Virus record (IMG/VR): IMGVR_UViG_3300033571_007537
Location: 26,991-90,990 of that record
Reading direction: 5' to 3' (one strand)
DNA length: 64,000 nucleotides
DNA from: a virus
The notes beneath the pieces were generated by a model. It had not been told where the DNA came from and did not search any database. It was given only the letters and a program-made list of their open reading frames with translations. A program made the translations under genes and the position numbers. Numbering within the stretch: the stretch's first letter is position 1; the number at the start of each line of letters is the position of its first letter. Positions 40,084 through 49,307 of the stretch are shown here, one piece after another.

Positions 40084-40178
40084 TTGTATCTTCCTTTTCT
40101 AGTTGGTGTATCTCTTGATGTATCTATTGAACCATAGTTGCTCGTATTTGTCAAATCGAGTCAAACTTCGGCGTGTCG

Positions 40179-40711
40179 CTAATCTTCTAGTTCTTGACTT
40201 TCGTAAGCCATAATACAAAGGTCGTCCCACATCTCTTTATCTTTCGGGTCGCGAGCAACCTCAGTGATGAAATAGCCAATGCGTCCTTGTAGCCAGTAGC
40301 CAGCGATAATGATACAGTTGCCGAACTCATCATCTACATAAGTCCAAGTGTTCTCCTCTGGCTGGTTGATTACAAAGTCAATCTCATCTCCATAGGTTTC
40401 AAACATAATCCCATCCCAAGACGCCTCGTTGGAGAGGTGGTTCTTTATAGGCTTGAATGTTTTTTCCCAAGTTTCAACTGTGTATCCCATCATTAGTTCT
40501 CCTCTTCTTCTTCTTCTTCTTCTTCGCAACAAGAAAAGTATTCACTCAACTCTTCTTCGCACTCGGCACAAACTTCCACTGCCTCGAAACTATCAGTTCC
40601 TACATAGTGGTCGTTGAGGTCGCTCAGGAATGCTTTTTCTGCTTCTCTTTCAGTTGCCCCCTCGACAATGCCAGAGTATTCGTATGTTGCTGTGATTTTG
40701 AACTTTGCCAT
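40179..40711 (-). CDS. Two coupled acidic proteins (40493-40711 with poly-Glu tail; 40179-40493)
   Basis: Promoter at 40768-40796; TAATG coupling. Confidence 0.7.
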
Positions 40712-40895
40712 TTTTGATTTCCTTTCATTTGGCTTTATGTCTCTATTGAACCATAAATCTATCTTCGTGTCAAATCAAGTTGTCATCTGGCGTGTCGCAA
40801 CTTTTCATCAAAAGTTGGAAGCCCCTTCGCTTCACACGGAAACTTGGGAAAACTTGAAAAAAGAAAGAGGCGGGATTTCTCCCGCCCCTCTCTGT

Positions 40896-41412
40896 TTAGA
40901 GTTCTATCGACCACTCCGAAAGCAGAGTGATTTCTCGTTTCAGCGATTTGTCGCCATTGTAGAGAACTTCGTTCCTGATTACCTCAGCAACATTGTCCCT
41001 GACATACTCCAAGAACAACTCCTCGTCAAAGAGATACTCGTGGTCTAAGAAAGAGTTTGGAGATTTCTCCTGCTCTTGCTGATACCTGATTTCCAAGAAC
41101 TGGTCTAGGGTCTGTTGCGTGTTGTAAGACACGTTTATCTGACCCGTTATGCTCTGCCCAGTTTCCTCCAAGAAATGCTCTATGGCGGTCTTACGCGTAA
41201 CCTCGTCATCCTGATTAGGCATCCGTTACCTCCCTCCACTGGTCGTGTCCTTCGAGCAGGCTCAGAGACGAGCCGTTGTCCCAACGGACGTAAATCTGTG
41301 TATCTCCCCAGGGGTCTACGCGCTCGCCGATTTGTGTTCCACGGTCGCCTGCCTTGAGGTTCGTGTAAGGGTCGTTGGTGAATACCAACTCAATACGCTT
41401 GCCGTTGTTCAT
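40896..41412 (-). CDS. Two small proteins (41215-41412, DUF4314-like SH3-type; 40896-41222, acidic)
   Basis: DPYTNLKAGDRGT....D.WG...YVRWDNGSSLSL pattern. Confidence 0.65.
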
Positions 41413-41503
41413 TTTCTTTCCTTTCGTTTAGGTGTTGCGGTTCTATTATACAGATGTTTCGTGAAAAGTCAAACTCGCCCGAAGGCGAGCCGACTTCCAC
41501 TTT

Positions 41504-41983
41504 TTACCAACTGGACGAGTATTGGAAATCCCATCCGTCAAACTTTGGGTTGTTGAGAACCCTGTCAAGTTGTGTGATGGTGTGGGTTATCTGGTAGGTA
41601 TACCATTCCTCGTCATCACCTCCGTAAGGGTCTGGTAGCAACTCGTCCGCACTCTCAGGGTTATCCAGAACTTGCTGGCAGAGATTACGCAGGTCTATCA
41701 GCGTATCGCGTGAGACGTAGTAGTCCTTACAGTTGTCCTCGCCGTCTTGGACGTTAGCCACGAACCAGTTGTGAACTCCCCACGCCTTTCGCCACTGAGC
41801 GACTTTGATTTCAACAGTTGCTGATGGATACTCGGTGTCCACGTCGTCAGCAGTTAGTCCTGCTCCTACAACTACGTCTATGTATTTAGGGTTGTCCTCT
41901 GAGATGTAATCTCCCTCAGGGGTTCGTCTGTGATTTGTTCCAGAGATGTATTCTCTAACGTGTAGCCATTGGTCTAGTCCCAT
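41504..41983 (-). CDS. Phage hypothetical protein (MGLDQWL...WRK..GVHNWF...YSSSW)
   Basis: 159 aa; own GACACGCC promoter at 42036-42062. Confidence 0.75.
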   Translation of the reverse strand: MGLDQWLHVREYISGTNHRRTPEGDYISEDNPKYIDVVVGAGLTADDVDTEYPSATVEIKVAQWRKAWGVHNWFVANVQDGEDNCKDYYVSRDTLIDLRNLCQQVLDNPESADELLPDPYGGDDEEWYTYQITHTITQLDRVLNNPKFDGWDFQYSSSW

Positions 41984-42112
41984 TTTATTTTCCTTTCATT
42001 GGGTTATGTTTCTATTATACAGATTTCAATCTGAATGTCAAATCCATTTACTTCGGCGTGTCAAGTTTTGATGGGGGAGGAGTTTTGGAGAAGACCTCCC
42101 CCACCAAGTTTG

Positions 42113-43936
42113 TTATGCGTTCCTCGCACCAATCTTTGTGAGAGCGTCGGCACAAGCCTTGCCAATCAGCGTGGCAGTTTTGTTCGGGTCAGTATCAACA
42201 TTGACCAACTGTCCATCTGTGTTTTCAAGGTAGCGTTTCGCATAGTGAGCGTAATCGTAAGTCAGCCACAGGACAGCCACGCCATTCTTCTGGCACTCTT
42301 TCATCCAATGTCTTGCTCGCTCGCCCTCAGTCGCAGTGTAAGCACCATCAGAGACCACGACAAGCAATCTCGCACCTGAGCCATAGAGCAAGTTCAAAGT
42401 CCCATCAAGAGCCTTGAAAGCCTTGTCGAACTTTTCAGTTCCATCTGGTGCGGAATAAACATTGACATCTGTCAAGTGCTGTCCCGGTTTCAAAGTCGGG
42501 AATACATCTGAACCAAAGTAGACCATTGCTGATTTACCCTGAACACGACGAACAGCCTCAGACATTACCCAAGCAGTCGTAGCCATAGGTTTCATTGCTG
42601 AACCCATTGAACCTGAGATGTCCACCATCACGCCAACAGTCAGAGTTGGGTCGTCAGTTTGCTTTCTCTTGGTCTGTCTCCACGCCTCAACCTGAGTGTG
42701 AATACCCTTGCTCTTTAGAGCAGAACCCTGAACCAACGCACGAGTGCGAAGACGACCGGGAGGCAAGATGTTCTTGACCTCAGTCTCAGAGCGTTCGCGA
42801 TACTTTGCTTGCTCTAACATCTTTGCAATCTTGACTGCTGAGATACGTTCCTCAGAAGTTGGCTTGCGAACTTCGACCAATCTCGACATAGTTCCAGAAC
42901 CCGGTTCTCCCGGTCTGTGTCCATCAACGAAAACTTTTTTTGCCTCTTTTTCATTTTCGCTTTTTGTCTTTGATTGACTTGAAGATTGACTTACAGAGTT
43001 TGACCATTCAGTCGCAGTCTGCTCGTCAGCGACCTCAGTCGCAACTCCAATGCTAGTGTTGCCAGCAGACTCAGCGAGAGCCTCCATCAAATCTCCGAAC
43101 GCGTCGCCTGTGCCTGAGCCTCCGCCCTCACCCCAAGAGCAACCATCTTCGCCCTCGCCCTGCTCGTCGCTAGGTTGAGGTTCGCCAGCCTCGACTGAAA
43201 TGTTGTTCACAACTTCAACCCACTCGCGAGCAAGGTCGTAAAGTGGCAGACCATTTTCGTGCTGTGAGTGTGCCTGAAAACGCAACCAGATTGAACGCAA
43301 CTTTTCAATGTTGTCGTAGCCCAAGATACCAGCGATAGCAAGTTCAGCAGGTTCGACATCAAAGTCTTCAAGAACGCCAGCGTCTACGCGAGCCAAAGTT
43401 AGACCAGCCATACGACTTGCCATACGAACATTTGATAGACCCTCGAAATCTTTAGCGTCGCCAAGAACAATCTCCAACGCACAAGCACGAAGAAAAACTT
43501 TGTTGGCAGGAATAACAGTTACGCCCCAGCCCTCAATGCGAGTCTCTTCCAAAAGATGTAGAGCCTCGTATTCTTCTTTGGTCAGAGCCTTGCTAGCGTC
43601 TTCCAATGAGTAGCGTGAAAAGCGAGCGTGGCTTGCCTCGTGATAGATTGCTCCAGTTCCCTTAGCGAACTCCAACTGGGTCTCGCGTGATGTGATGTCT
43701 GTGATGTGTTCTGGCAAAGTGAAAGCACCAAAAGCACTCTCAGTGTTTACTTCAATTTCCGCACTCGCAGGATTGAAGATTGCTGGTGCTGGTGCGCTAG
43801 CCTCTGGTCCAACGAAGACTACTAAGTCTCCGCGTGACGACCAAGTGTTTGCGAGCGTTCCAATCTGAGAACCCACCTTTAGCCATTCGCTAGGTGTGGT
43901 CTTTTTTGTTTCTACATTAGTTCCGAAGTGTGTCAT
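42113..43936 (-). CDS. Metallopeptidase-like (HExxH) plus von Willebrand A domain protein, CobT-like partner of a MoxR ATPase
   Basis: HEASH motif; MIDAS DISGSM, T (GTE) and D (VVSDG); start reassigned to MTHFGT. Confidence 0.85.
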   Translation of the reverse strand: MTHFGTNVETKKTTPSEWLKVGSQIGTLANTWSSRGDLVVFVGPEASAPAPAIFNPASAEIEVNTESAFGAFTLPEHITDITSRETQLEFAKGTGAIYHEASHARFSRYSLEDASKALTKEEYEALHLLEETRIEGWGVTVIPANKVFLRACALEIVLGDAKDFEGLSNVRMASRMAGLTLARVDAGVLEDFDVEPAELAIAGILGYDNIEKLRSIWLRFQAHSQHENGLPLYDLAREWVEVVNNISVEAGEPQPSDEQGEGEDGCSWGEGGGSGTGDAFGDLMEALAESAGNTSIGVATEVADEQTATEWSNSVSQSSSQSKTKSENEKEAKKVFVDGHRPGEPGSGTMSRLVEVRKPTSEERISAVKIAKMLEQAKYRERSETEVKNILPPGRLRTRALVQGSALKSKGIHTQVEAWRQTKRKQTDDPTLTVGVMVDISGSMGSAMKPMATTAWVMSEAVRRVQGKSAMVYFGSDVFPTLKPGQHLTDVNVYSAPDGTEKFDKAFKALDGTLNLLYGSGARLLVVVSDGAYTATEGERARHWMKECQKNGVAVLWLTYDYAHYAKRYLENTDGQLVNVDTDPNKTATLIGKACADALTKIGARNA

Positions 43937-44092
43937 CTTTCTTCTCCTTTTCTGATAACAACACAAAGGTATCATCTTTTGATACTTTTGTCAAATCCTT
44001 TCGAGGGGGTGGGAATGGGCGTGTCGGGGAACAACGCCCACTCCCTCTCGACCAACTAGATGAAAGGAAGTAAATCTAGTCGGGAGTCTGTG

Positions 44093-45097
44093 CTAAATCT
44101 TCGCTGGCTTGTATTCTTCGCCAAAGGTTCTGGTGAAGACATCAGCCACGATTGGTCTATCCATTTCTGGAGCAGACGCAATCAGGTTAGAGATAGCGAA
44201 AGCAGTTCCGAAGTCATTAGCAACATCTCGGAAAGCAAGCAGTTCACGCATTTGAGGCGACCAAGAAACTTCGCCTGACTGTTGTTTCTTGAACAAGTTT
44301 TGAGCAACAGTCACTACTGGTGCTGGCGCACCTAACTTGCGAGCAAGTGTCCAATCAGTAGTCATTTCTGCGTGAAGTGTGAAACGCGATAGCAGAGCCT
44401 CAGAGAGACGAACTCCCGGAGCGTTAGGGTTAGTCGCACCCAACACATAGAAACCCTCTTTGGCTTTTACAGTTCCGCGTTCTGGGTTCTGAGTAACTGT
44501 GTATTCCTGACGACCATCCATCAGACCATAAACAATCGAAAGAACCTTTGGGTCAATGAGACCAACCTCGTCAATCAGAAGTGGCTTACCCTCTTCCGCA
44601 GATTTTAGTAGAGGTCCATCTACCCATTCGAACCCACCACTTGGTGTCTGAACATAACCACCAACGAGGTCTGAAACCTCAGTGTCTCCAGAGCCAAGAA
44701 TTGTGTAAAGGTCTTCGCCAAAAGCGGCCTCGACCAATGCTGTCTTGCCACAACCGGGCGCCCCATAGAGCAGGATGAAGTGTCCAGCAGTGCGAGCCTT
44801 TTTCAAGACCTCGACGTCTGAGTGTTCACCCCAAGCACGAGAGAAGTAAGCCTGACCATTTGGTCGCAGGTATTGGCTCTCGCCAACCATTGCGTCTGCC
44901 ACGATAGTCTTCACTTTCTTTGCTGTGCCTGAACCGCGTTGAGTAACCTTGCCAGCAATGTTGTAGTAAGAGTTGAGTTTGTCTTTCAACTCTGAGTTGA
45001 GCGACTGACCAGCAACAGCAAACAATGCGTCTGCTACCCCTGTGCCAAGCCTGTCTTGCTTGATGATGTCCTGTAAATCTGTATCTGTATAAACCAT
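44093..45097 (-). CDS. MoxR/CobS-like AAA+ ATPase
   Basis: GAPGCGKT, LLIDE, ATNP, LSEALLSRF; start reassigned to MVYTD. Confidence 0.9.
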   Translation of the reverse strand: MVYTDTDLQDIIKQDRLGTGVADALFAVAGQSLNSELKDKLNSYYNIAGKVTQRGSGTAKKVKTIVADAMVGESQYLRPNGQAYFSRAWGEHSDVEVLKKARTAGHFILLYGAPGCGKTALVEAAFGEDLYTILGSGDTEVSDLVGGYVQTPSGGFEWVDGPLLKSAEEGKPLLIDEVGLIDPKVLSIVYGLMDGRQEYTVTQNPERGTVKAKEGFYVLGATNPNAPGVRLSEALLSRFTLHAEMTTDWTLARKLGAPAPVVTVAQNLFKKQQSGEVSWSPQMRELLAFRDVANDFGTAFAISNLIASAPEMDRPIVADVFTRTFGEEYKPAKI

Positions 45098-45146
45098 TGT
45101 ATCTTCCTTTCTAGTAATGGTCTTGTGTTGCTGTGTTGCTGTGTTT

Positions 45147-45632
45147 CTATTCTGCCATAGCGAATAGGTTTTTGTCAAATCCAAGTGCCTCGCGTGAACG
45201 CAAGACTCTACGAATGAGACCCTGTGGTGTGCTTTGTGAACGCACTAGTGCTAAGTCTTCGAATGAATACTCAACTGCGACAGGTTGCTTTTGTAGTGTC
45301 CAACCCTGATGATGAACCTGCGACAGAAGTGGCTGAATAAATGCCAAGCCCTGCTGTGCGAAGTGCTTAGCCTCAGAGAGTTCGTATTCTTTGAAAGTGC
45401 CATCTGGGTTACGAACAACATTTCGCAATGCTCTGTCTGCTGTTCTCGCACTGTCAAATCTCCAAGACTTGCGTGGGTGGTGTTCTGAAATCTGTCGTCG
45501 CATAAGCGTCGTAGTTCTTAGTTCACCATTTTCATCCACGACCTCTGGGGTCAGGATGATTTGTAGGGTGTAGTCCCCTCGACGGAACTCTAGGTAGAGT
45601 GCCTTTCCTAATACTGTGTTCTTGTCCATCAT
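45147..45632 (-). CDS. Hypothetical protein upstream of the AAA+ ATPase
   Basis: 161 aa; GACACGCC promoter at 45683-45712. Confidence 0.7.
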   Translation of the reverse strand: MMDKNTVLGKALYLEFRRGDYTLQIILTPEVVDENGELRTTTLMRRQISEHHPRKSWRFDSARTADRALRNVVRNPDGTFKEYELSEAKHFAQQGLAFIQPLLSQVHHQGWTLQKQPVAVEYSFEDLALVRSQSTPQGLIRRVLRSREALGFDKNLFAMAE

Positions 45633-45867
45633 TTATTTTCCTTTCGTTGATGTGTTACAAGTAAATCATAAATCTTGTTGCTTGTCAAATCGAACTACTT
45701 GTTCGGCGTGTCGCCATTCTTGTAGAAGTCGAGTAGTGCCTCAATGACTCCGCACTGAGAGCAAATCTCAGTTTCGTTGTCCTTGCGTGAGAGCGCACCT
45801 GCGTATGCTCCCGGAGTTTCATTGTTCGGGATGAACCCCTCACAAATCGGACAGATTGGAAACTCAC

Positions 45868-46068
45868 TCAAGGGAGTTCCTCCAAACTGTCTTGGTAAAC
45901 CTCTGTTGAGATTCCGTGATTTCTGTCGTCGAACTCTGGAAGTTCGTCCGAGCCAATCTCGTCCTCTGCCCACTGGCGAGCCAGTTCCTTCGCGTGTTCA
46001 AGATTGTCAGCATCAAATGTGCCTTTCCATTCTTCAATCACGTCGAATCTAATAAAATACTTTGGCAT
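45868..46068 (-). CDS. Small acidic protein (paralog of 39686-39889)
   Basis: Shared MPKY....EE....F.ADNLEHAK.L. Confidence 0.7.
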   Translation of the reverse strand: MPKYFIRFDVIEEWKGTFDADNLEHAKELARQWAEDEIGSDELPEFDDRNHGISTEVYQDSLEELP

Positions 46069-46154
46069 TGCATTCTCCTTTCAAAAGAACTTGTATAACT
46101 AAGTAAACACTATTTATTCAGTTTTGTCAAATCGAGACTACTCTCGGCGTGTCG

Positions 46155-46657
46155 TTAGGTGTTGCTCATAAAGACGAAAGTGTCTTCGCCATTTATTACT
46201 GCCTTTACGAACTCGAACATTTCGCTTTCTGCGAGGTTGTTGAAAATCTCCCACTGGTCTTCGTTGAGGTCGTCTTCGTTGAAGATAACCACATCTCCTT
46301 GACCCTGTGAGCCATCTTCGGCAATCCAGCACTTGTTCTCTATCACCTGTGATTTTTGGTTTTCCATCAGCGAGCCTCCCCTGCGTGTTGCTTTGCGTAG
46401 GAGTCTAGTGAACTTAGGAAGTCGTCGAGACCCTCCATCTCAACAGATGGGACGCAGGTGTCAAGATACCTGACTAAGTCTGAGTAGAGATGTTCTACCT
46501 CGTCGCCAGTTGGCTCGACCCAATCTATCTCGTTGTTGGTCAGCGAGTAACTCGCGAACTTTTCACCAGTTGGTAGGAACGCGTTTAGGCGAACCTCTGC
46601 TAGTTCAGTGTTTGTTGCGAACTTCATTTTGTAGTTAGTCATTTGTTTTCCTTTCAT
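46155..46657 (-). CDS. Two small acidic proteins (46367-~46642, 46155-46367)
   Basis: Coupled ORFs after a TTGACA promoter near 46694. Confidence 0.6.
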
Positions 46658-46704
46658 TGACTATGTATCTATTGAATCATACTTCTTTGGATTTGTCAAA
46701 TCGT

Positions 46705-47121
46705 CTAATACTCGGCAGGTGTGATGTTTGTGCCAAGTTCCATTGCGAGTTTGTAGATGTTTGTGAGGTCAATAGTTCTGGTCTCACCCTTGTTGTTGTA
46801 AGCGACTGCGTATCCAGAGATGTAACGAAGTTTCTCTGCTCCAGACTCCATAATGATTGCGACCCATCCATCTTCTAGATGTGCTTGGAAAATCTTGTCC
46901 CAGTTGATTTCAAGGTATTCACCATCCTCGTCTGAATACTGAGAGTATGGAAAGCCACTGCCATCAGGGTCAGTGCCTAGTAGCCCAACAAGTTGGACGC
47001 CATCCTTTTCCTGAGTAATGATTTCTACATCATTTGTAACTGCGTTGATGTCAGTAGTGAATGCTTCAACGTCCTTCACTAGGAAGTAGTTGGTTCTTGC
47101 TGATGCGTAATAGTTTGCCAT
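46705..47121 (-). CDS. Phage hypothetical early protein (MANYYASARTNYF...)
   Basis: Rightmost GACACGCC cassette (47176-47203). Confidence 0.75.
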   Translation of the reverse strand: MANYYASARTNYFLVKDVEAFTTDINAVTNDVEIITQEKDGVQLVGLLGTDPDGSGFPYSQYSDEDGEYLEINWDKIFQAHLEDGWVAIIMESGAEKLRYISGYAVAYNNKGETRTIDLTNIYKLAMELGTNITPAEY

Positions 47122-47239
47122 TTGTTTTTCTCCTTTTCATTGGCGTAAGAAGAGTATGGCGTCTTTTATACAATTTGTCAAATCGACGTGAACGTGGCGT
47201 GTCGTAAGGGGTTTAGAGTTTTCCCAAACTTCCGTGTGG

Positions 47240-47467
47240 CTAAATAAAACCTGGATTTAGAAAAGGCTCAGCACACGGAATACATAGGAGAAACTCACTC
47301 TCACCATCAAGCACCACTCCACAAGGAATGAACTTTGAATCAGTGAACGCAACCTGCTGTGAGCAGTGCTCGCAGAACTCATCCGTTCCAAAGTCGATAA
47401 GTCCAATGAACTCTAAAGACTCTGCGTCCTTCTCGGTTTCTGCTATGTGAAATTCAATATGTTTCAT
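47240..47467 (-). CDS. Small Zn-finger-like protein, probably leaderless
   Basis: CEHC...CIPC; TAGACT 6 nt before the ATG. Confidence 0.6.
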   Translation of the reverse strand: MKHIEFHIAETEKDAESLEFIGLIDFGTDEFCEHCSQQVAFTDSKFIPCGVVLDGESEFLLCIPCAEPFLNPGFI

Positions 47468-47506
47468 AGGTAAAGTCTATGATACAAATTGGAGGGTGAT
47501 TGTGCG

Positions 47507-47869
47507 TTAGTACCAACCCACCCGTTTGATGTGCGACCACGCACCACAAGCACGGTTAGGGTAGCGGTGCACCATGTACTTCCACGCATCACGCACTTGT
47601 GTGTAAGGCTTGCCGTTATGACGTGCCTTCGCGTTAGCCATCTGACCCAAGCCGTAGTAGCGTCCGTTGACTGCACGGTGATTCCATCGAGACTCGTAGT
47701 GGATGACACGGTTAAAGCACTCCCACTGGGACTTGCCACCCTTAGCGGTTACGTATCCCTGAGCGTAGGCTTTTATCTCAGCGGTTGAAGGCGGGCCTTT
47801 GGCGCTCGCCGTTGAAGCAGGAAGCATCGTAAGGCAGGCCGTCAAAACGCTCGCCGTTAAAAGTTTCAC
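47507..47869 (-). CDS. Secreted lytic transglycosylase-like (lysozyme-fold) protein
   Basis: Signal peptide; ECFNRVIHYESRWN..A.N..YYGLGQ; RY...C.AW......GWY. Start uncertain (GTG 47869). Confidence 0.75.
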   Translation of the reverse strand: MKLLTASVLTACLTMLPASTASAKGPPSTAEIKAYAQGYVTAKGGKSQWECFNRVIHYESRWNHRAVNGRYYGLGQMANAKARHNGKPYTQVRDAWKYMVHRYPNRACGAWSHIKRVGWY

Positions 47870-47880
47870 GGGACTCGCCG

Positions 47881-48120
47881 TTACCAACCCTTGTTGGTGG
47901 CACGCCACACACTCGGGGAATGGTTCTCTTCTACAGCGGTCTTGTGTTCACCGTCGACGTAGAGTCGAAGGACGTGGATGCATGGGTCGCCTTCTTCGAA
48001 CTCGGTTTCTTCTTCAGCGGTCATTGGCAAGCCGTCGTGTGTTTCACAAACGTCTGGCCCGACCCAGCCCATGTCGTAGCCAAGTTTCAGCCACTGGTCC
48101 ATTGTCATATCTACACTCAT
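47881..48120 (-). CDS. Small Cys/His hypothetical protein
   Basis: GPDVCETHDG...DPCIH; GAAAGGAAC RBS. Confidence 0.7.
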   Translation of the reverse strand: MSVDMTMDQWLKLGYDMGWVGPDVCETHDGLPMTAEEETEFEEGDPCIHVLRLYVDGEHKTAVEENHSPSVWRATNKGW

Positions 48121-48365
48121 TGGGGTTCCTTTCTAAGAACGTTTGTCCATGGTACATGTTTTTGATTTCGATGTCAAGTCAGGCTCGCCTTCGGCGCGGC
48201 GGGGTAACTTTTGATGAGCTTAGCTCGTTAAAAGTTTGAGCTGCTTCAGCCTGGAACTTTTTCTTTTTTCCTGGTTTTCCGTGTGAAGCTCGGCCGCAGC
48301 TTCAGCTTTTGATGAGCTCAGCTCGTTAAAAGTTGGGATACCTTTCGGCCGTTACCAAATCGTTA

Positions 48366-49127
48366 TCAAACCGAAAAAAGATTTGTCTCTCTGCCAAGGC
48401 GAGTCAGACTGGCAACGTCAGGCTCACCGTTTGCATTCGGTCCCACGTAACCAACAGTCCGTTGGAAGTACGCGTATGCGGAACGAGTCTTCGGGCACCA
48501 AACTCCCCGTTGCATGTCCTTGACGTCGGTTACTTGAGACAGCGCAAGCTGTACGGTTTCGACATCCCTGTTTGGTTTCTTAGCGGTTAGACGTGCGGGC
48601 ACAACGGTTGGCACGCTAACGCTTGCCGCTTCTCGCTTGCCGTTAAAAGCTGGACGTCCAAACCCAAGCACATCGGTTGAGTGACGTAGACGTTTGTAGA
48701 CACCGTCATTGAGCTGGGACCCCTTAGGCAGGCCGCTATGTACCTGAGCTTCAACGGTTTGTATAATGCGCTTCGTATCCCATGCCGTTGCATCAACAAC
48801 GATACCAACGTGCGGTCCGTTAAAAGCTGCGCCAGGCTCTGGTGAAAAGTTAAAGAAAACTATGTCCCCCCGTTTGGGCTTACGGTATAGACGTCCGTTA
48901 CGTACGTACTCAGCGATAGCGGTTGGAGTGTAAACGTGGGCGTGCAATGGCAGGCCGCACTCTCTTGCAACGACGTCAATGAAAGCACCGTCCCATGGCG
49001 TGCCGTTCCCAGTTATTCCGATGCGCTCGCCGTAGTAGGACGTGCCGTTAGCTCTTGCTTGATAGCCCGTTTCGTCGAGGGCCCGCAGCACAAACTTTTC
49101 ACGAAGCTCGTTTGGTTTTTTAAACAT
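48366..49127 (-). CDS. CHAP-fold amidase-like protein with C-terminal peptidoglycan-binding domain (catalytic Cys apparently replaced by Asp)
   Basis: PWDGAFI...PKRGDIVFF...HVGIV...TVE; C-terminal VETVQLAL...G...PKTRSAY..FQ. Confidence 0.7.
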   Translation of the reverse strand: MFKKPNELREKFVLRALDETGYQARANGTSYYGERIGITGNGTPWDGAFIDVVARECGLPLHAHVYTPTAIAEYVRNGRLYRKPKRGDIVFFNFSPEPGAAFNGPHVGIVVDATAWDTKRIIQTVEAQVHSGLPKGSQLNDGVYKRLRHSTDVLGFGRPAFNGKREAASVSVPTVVPARLTAKKPNRDVETVQLALSQVTDVKDMQRGVWCPKTRSAYAYFQRTVGYVGPNANGEPDVASLTRLGRETNLFSV

Positions 49128-49307
49128 GCTTAAAGCTTAACGGTTAGTTTGAAGTTTCGCTGGCCGCAGCTTCCAACTTTTGAAGAAGGTGGGCAGCTTC
49201 GTTAGCACGAGCCGTTAAACGTATGTGGTCTACACGGTTCGCAGCTGTGTCGACGTCCGTTAAAAGTTGAGCTGCGAGAAGGCGTGCCGCTTCTAAAATC
49301 TCTGGGG

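Noticed and set aside
29914-47203. GGCGTGTCG as a PafBC/RecA-NDp DNA-damage promoter (TGTCGG-N10-TA)
   Set aside because: It lacks the second G and the spaced TA; the box sits upstream of a canonical -35 in the GACAC orientation.
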